Shown here in pieces: positions 20,343-29,700 of a stretch of 64,000 nucleotides of DNA; position 1 is the stretch's first letter, and each line of letters begins with the position of its first letter. This DNA is from Acidobacteriota bacterium (lineage in GTDB: Bacteria > Acidobacteriota > Thermoanaerobaculia > Gp7-AA8): contig JAFATB010000022.1 of assembly GCA_019244185.1 (NCBI GenBank), positions 352,001 to 416,000 of the forward strand, written 5' to 3'. The notes below the pieces were generated by a model that was not told the DNA's origin, searched no databases, and was given only the letters and a program-made list of their open reading frames with translations. The translations under genes were made by a program, and so were the position numbers.

Positions 20343-21999
20343 ACGCGACGCCTCCAACAGTGACGCTGTTGCCCGCGAACGTCAACGGCAGTGCGGCGTG
20401 CGCGCCGAAGTCGTAAGCCGTCAGCGTTCCGTCGGACGTGGCGGCGAAGACGCGCGCGAGCGGCGGCGCCTCGCCGGGCGAGCTGCCCACGAGACGTCCT
20501 TCGCCTTTGTCGCGCCAGAGAAACGACATGCCGTTCGCGCCGCGCTCCCACTGATAGGCGACGAACACGCGCGCGGCGCCGCGCCTCATCGGCAACGCGC
20601 CGCGGACGTCGAACGCGCGCAACGCGCCGTACTTGCCCGTCAGCGTCGTCCATTCGGTGATGTAGTCGGGAACGTATTCGGCGCCGTCGCCGTACAGGGC
20701 GGCGGTGTACGCGTCTTTCGCGTTGCCCGCGCGCAAACCCTCGAGCAGCGCGTTCGTCTTCGCGACCGCTTTCGCGAGCGACGCCGCGTCGGCACTCGCG
20801 TTCCACAACGCGATCGCCGCGTTCGGATCCAGCGCGTCAGCGACCAGCTGCCGTCCGACGCGATGGAACTGCAGCCGCGCGCCATTCGCCGCGGTGTAGA
20901 TGCCGTCGCGCGGAGCGGCGCCGGCATCGCGGACGTCCGGCAGCGGCTCGAGTTTCGCGGGTGCGCCCGCGAGCGCCGTGATCGCGTCCTGCACGCCCCA
21001 GCGCAGCCAGATGCCGTTGAGCTCCGTGCGGTTGCTCGTGAGGATGATCGCGATCTTTTCCTTCGGGTAGTAGCGCATCGTGCAGCTGAAGCCCGGCTCC
21101 GTGTCGCCGCCGTGCTCGAGCAGCGTGTCGCCGACGAACCACGCGTAGCCGTACGAGTCGTCACCCTTCGGCATCTTCACGTGGCGCGCGGTCATCTTGG
21201 CGAACTGCGCGGGCGGAATGACGCGCCCTTCGCGCAAGGCGCGCGCGAACGTCGCCAGATCTTCGGCGGTCGAGAAGACGCTGCCCGCGCCCCACGTGCG
21301 CGGGTTGTCCGGCCACGACGCGACGGAGCCCTGCGGTGCGAAGCCGCGATACGCGGTCGCCGCGTCGCGAAAGCGCGCGGAGTCGACGCCGTACACGCCG
21401 CTGTGCTTCATGCGCAGTGGATCGAAGATCGCTTTGTGCAGATATGCCGCGTACGACATGCCGGATGCGCGCTCGATGATCGCGGCGAGCAGGTTGTAGC
21501 CCGCGTTCGCGTAGCGCCACGTGCCGGGCGTCTTGCGCGGCTGCGCGAGGATCTTTGCGATGAGCGCGCGATGCTCGATCGGCGCGAAGTCGTCGACGAC
21601 GTCGCCCGGTGGCAAGCCGGACGTGTGCGTCAGCAGCTGATGGATGGTGATGTCGCGCCGGTCGTCGGGCACGTTGTCGATGTAGCGGTCGATCGTATCG
21701 GTGACGTGCAGCTTGCCGTCCGCCTCGAGGCGCAGGATCGCCGCGGCGGTGAACTGCTTCGATTCCGAGGCGATGTTGAAGATCGTGTTGCGCGTGACAC
21801 GTGCGGCGCGCGCGCGGTCGGCGAAGCCGTATGCGCCGTCGTGAATGACGACGCCATCGCGCTCGACGACGACCTGTCCGTCGAAGCCGAGCGCCTCGGC
21901 GCGCGCGAGGTAATCGGCGATGGCGCGATGCGAGGGAGCGGCGACGGCGATGACGGCGGTGAGGAGAGAGCAGAGCAGCACAACGATTCGACGAAACAT
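20329..21999 (-). CDS. Serine hydrolase (beta-lactamase class C-like, exported)
   Basis: Signal peptide; SESK (SxxK), LLTHTSG, YAN, HGG. Confidence 0.92.
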   Translation of the reverse strand: MFRRIVVLLCSLLTAVIAVAAPSHRAIADYLARAEALGFDGQVVVERDGVVIHDGAYGFADRARAARVTRNTIFNIASESKQFTAAAILRLEADGKLHVTDTIDRYIDNVPDDRRDITIHQLLTHTSGLPPGDVVDDFAPIEHRALIAKILAQPRKTPGTWRYANAGYNLLAAIIERASGMSYAAYLHKAIFDPLRMKHSGVYGVDSARFRDAATAYRGFAPQGSVASWPDNPRTWGAGSVFSTAEDLATFARALREGRVIPPAQFAKMTARHVKMPKGDDSYGYAWFVGDTLLEHGGDTEPGFSCTMRYYPKEKIAIILTSNRTELNGIWLRWGVQDAITALAGAPAKLEPLPDVRDAGAAPRDGIYTAANGARLQFHRVGRQLVADALDPNAAIALWNASADAASLAKAVAKTNALLEGLRAGNAKDAYTAALYGDGAEYVPDYITEWTTLTGKYGALRAFDVRGALPMRRGAARVFVAYQWERGANGMSFLWRDKGEGRLVGSSPGEAPPLARVFAATSDGTLTAYDFGAHAALPLTFAGNSVTVGGVAFTRR

Positions 22000-22028
22000 T
22001 TCGTAGGCGATACTACGAAATGTTTCGT
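21991..22028. promoter_or_regulatory. Perfect 16-bp inverted repeat (operator candidate) over serine hydrolase start
   Basis: acgaaacatttcgtag-gcgata-ctacgaaatgtttcgt. Confidence 0.7.
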
Positions 22029-22065
22029 GGAAAGTCGACGCCGCGCTTCGCGTAGGCTCTGCGCC

Positions 22066-22734
22066 GTGAAACGGTTGCATGACGACGAGGTGCATCTGCA
22101 CCTGGCGGCGGTGACAGCGCCGCGCGGCTTCGAGGCGTTGCTCGCCGGCGCGCGCGCGCATCTCAGCGAGGCCGAAGTCGCGGCGGCGCTGCGGTTCCGC
22201 TTCGAGCGCCATCGCATCCTCTACGCGTTCGCCCATTCGTTCCTGCGCGTGACGCTCGCGTCGTATCTCGACGTCGCGCCGGCGTCGCTCGCGTTCGAGC
22301 AGCTCGAGCACGGGCGGCCCGAGCTCGCCGACCGCGCGCTGCGCTTCAACCTCTCGCATACGGAAGGCATGGTGATGGTCGGCGTGACGCCGCGCGCGGA
22401 CATCGGCGTCGATGTCGAGCGCATCGACGCCGAGCGTGCGGACGAAGCGCTCGCGCGGCGCGTCTTCACGCCGGACGAGCTACGCGATTGGCGGGGCGAT
22501 GCGGAGTGGTTCTTCGACCACTGGACGCTCAAGGAGTCCTACATGAAAGCCCGCGGCGTCGGCCTCTCCCTCGGCCTGCAGTCGTTCGGCTTCGACGGTA
22601 CGCAACTCGTCTGCGAGCCGTCCTTCGATGCGCCCGCGCGCTGGCAGTTCCTCTCCCTCGCCGCATCGCCGTCGCACCGCGCCGCGGCGTGCGTGGCGTC
22701 CGCCGGGCCGGTGCGCTGGCGGCTCTTCAGTTAA
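22066..22734 (+). CDS. 4'-phosphopantetheinyl transferase (Sfp type)
   Basis: HGRP, FNLSHT, IGVDVE, WTLKESYMKA.G.GL. Confidence 0.93.
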   Translation: MKRLHDDEVHLHLAAVTAPRGFEALLAGARAHLSEAEVAAALRFRFERHRILYAFAHSFLRVTLASYLDVAPASLAFEQLEHGRPELADRALRFNLSHTEGMVMVGVTPRADIGVDVERIDAERADEALARRVFTPDELRDWRGDAEWFFDHWTLKESYMKARGVGLSLGLQSFGFDGTQLVCEPSFDAPARWQFLSLAASPSHRAAACVASAGPVRWRLFS

Positions 22735-22847
22735 CGGCGTTAGCGTCCGAAGTTAACGCTGTTCACCAAGCCGTTGCGGTTTCCGGGAAACCTCTCCGCG
22801 CTTTCGCGATTGAAGGCGGCTACGGCGGTGAAGTTAACAGTGTTGAC
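22730..22847. promoter_or_regulatory. Three GTTAAC-N3-GTTVRC palindromic boxes upstream of TonB receptor
   Basis: 22730-22744, 22752-22766, 22833-22847. Confidence 0.6.
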
Positions 22848-22910
22848 TTCGCCGGCCGGTGCTGCATCGCTCTTTCCCGCCCGCATTTGCCCATCGATGG
22901 AGGAGAGTCC

Positions 22911-25871
22911 ATGAAGTCTCGTTTCCCGGCAGTCGCTGCCGTTCTCCTGCTCGCGGCCCTCTCGGCCTTCGCGCAGGGAACGATCACGGGTGCTCTGACG
23001 GGTACGGTGACATCGGACGGCGCCCCGCTTCCCGGCGCGCTGGTCACGGTCACCTCACCGAACCTGCAGGGAACCCGCACGGCGTACACGGACGCCAGCG
23101 GCAACTACAACATGGTCGGGCTTCCGCCCGGCCAGTACTCCGTGAACATCACCCTCGAAGGCCTCACGCCCGTGACGCGCGCGACGAACGTCACGCTCTC
23201 GGGCACGGCACGCGTCGACGCGGACCTGCGCGTCGCGGCGGTCGCCGAGGCCATCACCGTCACAGCGTCCGCCCCGGCGGTCATGGAGACGACCGAAGTG
23301 CAGGCCAACTTCCAGAAGCGCCAGATCGACGATCTGCCGCTGCAGAAGAACGTGAACGACGTCGCGAACCTCGCACCGGGCGTCACGAACAACGGTCCCG
23401 GCGGCACGATGCAGATCTCCGGCGCCATGGCCAGCGACAACCTGGTGCTCGTCAACGGCGCCACGATCCAGGACAACGTGCGCGGCACCACGCGCCCGCT
23501 GTACATCCAGGACGCGATTCAGGAGACGACGGTGCTCTCCGGCGCGATCTCGGCCGAGTTCGGACGCTTCACCGGCGGCGTGGTCAACACGATCACGAAG
23601 TCGGGCGGCAACGACTTCTCCGGCTCCGTCCGCGACTCGCTGCAGAACGCGCGCTGGACTGCGCAGAGCGCCGCGGGCGAGACGCGCCCCGACGACAAGA
23701 TCACGAACATCTACGAAGGTACCTTCGGCGGACGCATCATCCGCGATCGTTTGTGGTTCTTCGGCGCGGGCCGTCTCGACAAGTCGACCCAGCCGTCGCG
23801 TTACTCCACGATCCTCGGCAGCAGCGACGAGATCTTCTCGCAGCGCAAGAACCCGCGTTACGAGTTCAAGCTCACCGGACAGCTGGCCAGGAATCACACC
23901 CTCGTCCTCGATTACCTCAACAACCCGTTCACGAGCACCAACGACACGCAGCTGCCGGTGTGGGAAGCCTCCGGCATCGATCCGACGATCGAGCAGAACG
24001 AGGATTTCGCAGCGCTGCACTACAACGGAATTCTCAGCAACAACCTCCTCGCCGAAGTGCACGTCAGCCGCCGCAACTTCACGTTCGTCGGCCTCGGCGG
24101 CGACACGGATGACGTCTATGCCGGCACGCCGCTGCGCACGTATTACGGCAGCAACAATGCGAACAACGGCATTGCCAACTCGCCGTGGTTCTGCGGCGTC
24201 TGCGACGATGAAACGCGCGATGCGCGCTATTACACCGGCAAGCTGACGTACTTCCTGGGCACGAAGAATTTCGGTACGCACAACATCGTCGGCGGCGCCG
24301 AGCGTTACACCGAGCTGCTGCAGGCGAACAATTACCAGTCCGCGTCGGGCCTCACGGTCTGGATTTACGATCAGGTTCCGCAGCGCACGGCCGACGGCAA
24401 CGTGCTCTTCACGTGGGGCCCCGGCGATTCCGTCGAGAGCTACCGCGTCGAGAATCCGTCGCTCGGTTCCGATCTGACCACCGACTCGCTGTTCCTCAAT
24501 GACAAGTGGGATCTCAATGGCAAGCTGTCGTTCAACATCGGCGGCCGGTTCGATCGCACCAAGGCGGTCGACCAGGCCGGCAACGACACCGCGAACGAGA
24601 GCTCGTTCTCGCCGCGACTCGGCGTCACGTACGATCCGCTTGGCAACGGCCGTCTGCGTCTGAGCGGTACGTACGGCCGTTATGTGGGTCGTTTGTCGGA
24701 AGGCGTGCAGGGCGCAGCGTCGAATGCCGGTGAGCCGAACTGGTATGGCTGGTTCTATGAAGGCGACGACGCGTTCACCGGCACGGCCTCGCAGGTCGTG
24801 CAGCACGCGGTCGACTGGTGGCTCGCCAACGGCGGCTTCGATCCGGCCTCCAATCCGCCGACGGAAGTCGATCTCGGCGGCGTGACCACGCAGATCCGCG
24901 GCCGCATCAAAGCGCCCGGCATGAATGAATGGACCGTTGGCGCGGGCTTTCAGTTCTCGCCGAACGGCTACGTCCGTGCCGATTACATCAACCGCGACTG
25001 GAACAATTTCTACGCGAATTTCACGAACGCGCAGACGGGACAGATCGAATTGCCGAACGGCACCGTCGGCGATCTGACGCTCGTCGGCAACACGGACGCG
25101 TTCACGCGCAATTACCGCGCGATTCAGCTGCAGGCGAGCGATCGTTTCCTCAACAGCCGTCTGCAGGTCGGCGGCTCGTACACGTACGCGAAGCTGCGCG
25201 GCAACGTCGAAGGCGAGACGTCGGACAGCGGTCCCGTTTCGACCGGCGGCTGGACGTTCACGTATCCCGAGTATCAGGGCTTCACCGCGAACGCGCCGGT
25301 CGGTTACCTCGACGGCGATCAGCGCCACAAGCTACGCGCGTGGGCCGGCTACGATCTGCCGATCGGTCCCGCGGGCACGCTGAATTTCAGCGTTCTCGAG
25401 CGCTATGACTCGGGACGTCCGTACTCCGCGGTCTCCACGATTCCGGCCGTGTTCGATGCGTCGGCCGGCAGCGTCGATTACGCGACGCCGCCGACGACGG
25501 TGACGTATTACTTCAGCAAGCGCGGCGAGTTCCGCTGGGACGACGTCACGCGCACCGATTTCTCGGTGAATTACCGGCTGCCGGTCTTCCATGGCTCCGA
25601 GTTCTTCGTCGAGGCCGAGGTGTTCAACCTGTTCAACGAGCAGGCGCAGATCGGCGGCAGCACGTCGATCTTCACGGCGCGCAACACCACCGCCGCCTGC
25701 ACGAACGGGAGCGGCGCCGCCGTCCGCTGCGCCGCGTTCAACCCCTTCACCGACACGCCGGTCGAAGGCGTGAACTGGGCCAAGTCGTCCACGTTCGGCC
25801 AGGCCACCGGCCTCTCGTCGCAGTACCAGCTCCCGCGCATGTACCAGTTCTCGCTGGGGCTGCGGTTCTAA
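22911..25871 (+). CDS. TonB-dependent receptor (Oar-like, N-terminal carboxypeptidase-regulatory-like domain)
   Basis: Signal peptide, LPGALVT, AEFGRFTGGVVN..TKSG, C-terminal GLRF; GGAGGAG RBS. Confidence 0.93.
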   Translation: MKSRFPAVAAVLLLAALSAFAQGTITGALTGTVTSDGAPLPGALVTVTSPNLQGTRTAYTDASGNYNMVGLPPGQYSVNITLEGLTPVTRATNVTLSGTARVDADLRVAAVAEAITVTASAPAVMETTEVQANFQKRQIDDLPLQKNVNDVANLAPGVTNNGPGGTMQISGAMASDNLVLVNGATIQDNVRGTTRPLYIQDAIQETTVLSGAISAEFGRFTGGVVNTITKSGGNDFSGSVRDSLQNARWTAQSAAGETRPDDKITNIYEGTFGGRIIRDRLWFFGAGRLDKSTQPSRYSTILGSSDEIFSQRKNPRYEFKLTGQLARNHTLVLDYLNNPFTSTNDTQLPVWEASGIDPTIEQNEDFAALHYNGILSNNLLAEVHVSRRNFTFVGLGGDTDDVYAGTPLRTYYGSNNANNGIANSPWFCGVCDDETRDARYYTGKLTYFLGTKNFGTHNIVGGAERYTELLQANNYQSASGLTVWIYDQVPQRTADGNVLFTWGPGDSVESYRVENPSLGSDLTTDSLFLNDKWDLNGKLSFNIGGRFDRTKAVDQAGNDTANESSFSPRLGVTYDPLGNGRLRLSGTYGRYVGRLSEGVQGAASNAGEPNWYGWFYEGDDAFTGTASQVVQHAVDWWLANGGFDPASNPPTEVDLGGVTTQIRGRIKAPGMNEWTVGAGFQFSPNGYVRADYINRDWNNFYANFTNAQTGQIELPNGTVGDLTLVGNTDAFTRNYRAIQLQASDRFLNSRLQVGGSYTYAKLRGNVEGETSDSGPVSTGGWTFTYPEYQGFTANAPVGYLDGDQRHKLRAWAGYDLPIGPAGTLNFSVLERYDSGRPYSAVSTIPAVFDASAGSVDYATPPTTVTYYFSKRGEFRWDDVTRTDFSVNYRLPVFHGSEFFVEAEVFNLFNEQAQIGGSTSIFTARNTTAACTNGSGAAVRCAAFNPFTDTPVEGVNWAKSSTFGQATGLSSQYQLPRMYQFSLGLRF

Positions 25872-25893
25872 GCAGTTCGTTTCGTTCGTAGTG

Positions 25894-25929
25894 AAAAGCC
25901 CCGGTCGCAAGGCCGGGGCTTTTTGTTTT
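25894..25929 (+). terminator. Rho-independent terminator
   Basis: aaaagccccggtc-gcaa-ggccggggcttttt. Confidence 0.9.
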
Positions 25930-25972
25930 CGTGCGAGAGAACGTAACGCCGCGCGTGCGGTAGCATCAGCGC

Positions 25973-26632
25973 ATGGCCGACAAGTGGGTCTGGGCTCCCG
26001 TGGCGTGCGTTGCGCTGCTGGCGATTGCGTTCGCGTGCATGTCGAAGTTCGTGCCGGCGCCGACGCCGCATCCGCCGAAGAAGCCGGTGCTGGCGCTGGA
26101 GGTGCCGGCGAGCGATGCCGAAGTCGCGGCGTTGCTGGCGACGAAGGACGCACAGGCGTCCGCGCTCGCGAACACGCGCTGGGATTACTGGTTCATCGCC
26201 GCGTACACGCTGCTCTTTCTGGCGATGGCGTGGCAGCAGCGCGATCTCGGCCTGCGCATCGCGGCGATGGTGCTCGCGCTCGCGGCGGCGGCGTTCGACG
26301 TCTGGGAAGATCTCATCATCGAGCGTTTCATCCGCGCGCCGGACCACGCGCACGCGAGCGAGGTCTGGTTTCCGGCGCAGGCGAAATGGTTCTGCATCTT
26401 CGCCGGCGTGGCGCTGACGGCGCTGCTGTTCGCGCGGCTCGGGCGGTGGTGGTGGATCGCGTTCGCGATCGTGCTGATCGTGCCCGCGCTCGTCGGCGCC
26501 GCGGCGGCAATCGCACGCATCCGCCCGTTGCTGGAACTGACGATCGATCCGACGATGGAGCTGTTCGCGCTCGCGGCGCTGGTCTGGCCGTTCGCGGCGA
26601 AGCTGGCGCGGGCGATCAGGCCCGCAGCGTGA
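25973..26632 (+). CDS. Hypothetical membrane protein
   Basis: Several TM segments, D..FI..Y and DVWED motifs; TAGCAT 6 nt before ATG. Confidence 0.7.
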   Translation: MADKWVWAPVACVALLAIAFACMSKFVPAPTPHPPKKPVLALEVPASDAEVAALLATKDAQASALANTRWDYWFIAAYTLLFLAMAWQQRDLGLRIAAMVLALAAAAFDVWEDLIIERFIRAPDHAHASEVWFPAQAKWFCIFAGVALTALLFARLGRWWWIAFAIVLIVPALVGAAAAIARIRPLLELTIDPTMELFALAALVWPFAAKLARAIRPAA

Positions 26633-26685
26633 CGCGCTCGCCGAACCGTTCCGTCACCGCCGCCATCATCGCTTCCGTCGCCGCG
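26612..26685 (+). repeat. Left copy of 74-bp direct repeat (duplicate of pheT 3' end)
   Basis: 72/74 identical to 34113-34186. Confidence 0.92.
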
Positions 26686-26788
26686 CGGGCTCCACACCAA
26701 TGCGGAGCGCGTCCTGCACGACCTCCTGCACGCGAATCTCACGCCTGTAGTTGATGAGAGCTCTGTTCTAAGGGACAGGAGCACTCCA

Positions 26789-29700
26789 ATGTCGGTAGCA
26801 GCCGCAACGGTTGACGGGCCGATTCGCATGCCGTACCGTGGTTCCTTCGCCATACAAGCAACAGTCGTTACGCTGAGATTATCAGCGCCGGAGGGCATCC
26901 TGTCTTTTCTCGATCGTCGTGCCGTTTCGCTGCTTTTTTTCGTTGGCATTGCGAGTATTGCGAGCGCGCCGCGCGCAAGCGCGTGTGATGTTTCGCTCAC
27001 CGCAAGCGCCGATCCCGCCACGGCGACCGCGACGTTCTCCGCAACGCGAAGCGGCGCAACCTGCAGCGGCGGCGGGGTGGGGATGATCGTTCCGGATACG
27101 GATCACCAGCACTCAAGGGTAGTCTCTACGCCGTGCGGGGGAGATCCCTGCACCGTCGACTTCACCGTGTCCACTGAGTGCTGGGAGCCGGGGTCCTATA
27201 CCGTCACGGCCAGCGCGACTTGCCATACCGTCGGCAGCGGCTCGTGCGACGGTGAGGAGACGGCGAATGCCTCGACGAGCGTCAGTATTCTGCAAAGCGA
27301 GGTGACTTCGTTCGGCGTATCGGCCACACCGACTACGACGCCGGGCTTGTTCGAACTCGATTTTTCCTACGCTTTGCAAAACCTCTCCGTGCCGCGTGGA
27401 ATCGAGTGGACGTTCGAGGATCCCAACGGAACTCCCTTCGGTACGTCATGGCATTCCTCACTGACGCAGCCGAGCGGCGTCTATACCGACTATATCGATG
27501 CTTCATGCTGGGTGCCGGGGCATCATAAGGTGATCGCGAAAACCAGTGCGTGTAGCGTTCCGGTCACTGCCGAAGGCGGTCTGGACGTGCCATCGCATTC
27601 GGTCTCGCTGGAGATCAAGCCGCCGGACGGAACGCATCCGACGCAGACAGCCTATATTCATTACGATTTTCCCGGTACAAATTCGCCTACGGACCGCCGT
27701 CTGTTGCTCGACTGGCTACCGTCGCCGGGAAGAGCGGGCGGGAACATCTACAACGAGCAGGCTCCCAATGCATCGGGCGTGGTCGGTCCGATCGCCATTG
27801 AGGGAAGTCTCAGTCAGCGCGTCCTTCGCGCCACGGCATCCGCCTGTGGCAGGCCGGTGAAGGGCGACGCGGGGGTGTCACCGTGCTGCAAGGACTGTAG
27901 CGTGCCGTGTCAGGTCGGCAGTCCGATCCGTCTTTGGGATGGTGCGGTGACCTACGACGAGCGTGATCCGCTGCCGGCCGCTGGACCGATTGCGTTCACA
28001 CGAGCTTACGACTCCGCGAACGAGACGACCGGCCGTTTCGGGAACGGGTGGACCTCGTTGTTCGACACCGGGATGGTGCGCGCAACCGTCGCCGTGGATA
28101 CCGTCGTCGTGCGGCTGGAGAACAACGTTCAGACAGTCTTTGAGAAACAAGGCTCGGTCTGGATCCAGAGTTGGCCGAAAGGCGCCGAGATGTTGGACGA
28201 ACTGACCGACGAGACCGGCGGCGGCTGGCGCTATCGGCAATCGAATTCCAGTCTCGCCTACCACTTCAGTGGCGGGCGCCTGGTTCGTCTCGTGGACGAA
28301 CGCTCCAATCACGCCGTCGTCATCACCTGGGATGACGTGACGGGGCAGCCGCTGTCGATCGCCGATGAACGTGGGAATTGGTCCTGCTCCATTACCACCA
28401 CGGGCGGCTTGATCACCCAGATTGCAGTTGACGGCGAGCCTGATTTGACGTGGAACTATTCGTATTCCGGCAACCTTCTCGAGAGCGTGGCGCTCGATGG
28501 CGAGACCGCCTGGCGCACGTATGACTACACGAGCGGCCGGCTGTCGGCCGTCCATGATGCCGCGGGCAATCTCGTGGAAAGCCATGCGTACGATTCGTCG
28601 GGTCGCGGAACCTCATCGGTCGCCGCCAGCGACGACATCACCAGCGTGCAGTACGTCGCCGGCACCGACGGATTGACCACTCACGTTACGTACGCGACCG
28701 GCCGTGAGGAAACGTACGCGCAGTCGTTCACCACCGGCCGTCCGCGGACGCTGGCGTCCGACGGTGGCTGCACATCCTGCGGCGCGCGCGACAGCGTTTA
28801 CGCATACGACCTCGATGGGCGCCTGCTGCGGCAGCAAACCGCCGACGGCTACATCACGACGCGCACATACGATACGGCAGGCCGCGTCACCCGCGAAGAT
28901 CGCTTCCTGCGGCCGGCGGCCTGCAACCCGGCCACCGATTCGGTCCATTGCCGCATGACGAGCGCCGCGCTCGCGACCGTGTCCCTCAGTGCGACCTCCG
29001 CGACCACCTATGTCGAGTCGGATTACACCGATTCCCACTGGCCCGACAAGCCGACGGTCGTCCGGCAGCCGAGCGTCGAAGTGAGCAATGGCGTTCGGAC
29101 CGATTCGATGACATACGACATCGTCAGCGGAAACGTCCTGACGCGGACGATGACCTCGGCCTCTGCCGCGTCCATTACCCGAACCGATGCGCTCTATGAC
29201 GGCGTCGAAACCGCGGCCTTCGATCCGGGAGGGGCATTCGACTCGGGATGGCTCGCTCTGCCGCAGCCTCCTCGAATGACGCGACTGACTGACGGCCCTC
29301 GCACAGACGTTACCGATACCACGGAGTTCGTTTATTACCCGATCGACTCGTCCGTGCCCGCCGTGCTGCGCGGGCATCTCGCCGCAGTTCGTAATGCGGC
29401 CGGCCATATTACCCGCTATGAGGATTACGACGTGTTCGGCCATGCCACCCGCGTCGTCGATCCGAACGAGATCGCGCAGACCACCACTTACGACGCGCTC
29501 GGCCGTCTGCTCACGAGCACGATCGCAGGAGTGTCCGGTTGCAACACGGCGACCGATCCGCTGTGCGCGACGGACCTCACCGTCTCCCGTACGTACGATC
29601 CGGTGAGTGGCCCGTTGGCGTCCGTCACCGACGCGAAGGGGAATGTGACCGCGTACGAGTACGACGGACGCGGGCGCATGAGCGCCATGACGCGAGGCCC

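Noticed and set aside
22066-22734. PPTase as marker of an NRPS/PKS cluster
   Set aside because: No carrier-protein, KS or condensation domains in the window
23055-25328. Long antisense and alternate-frame ORFs (e.g. 757 aa opposite the TonB gene, 654 aa opposite pheT, and many Arg/Ala-rich ORFs)
   Set aside because: Shadows of real high-GC genes with no motifs of their own
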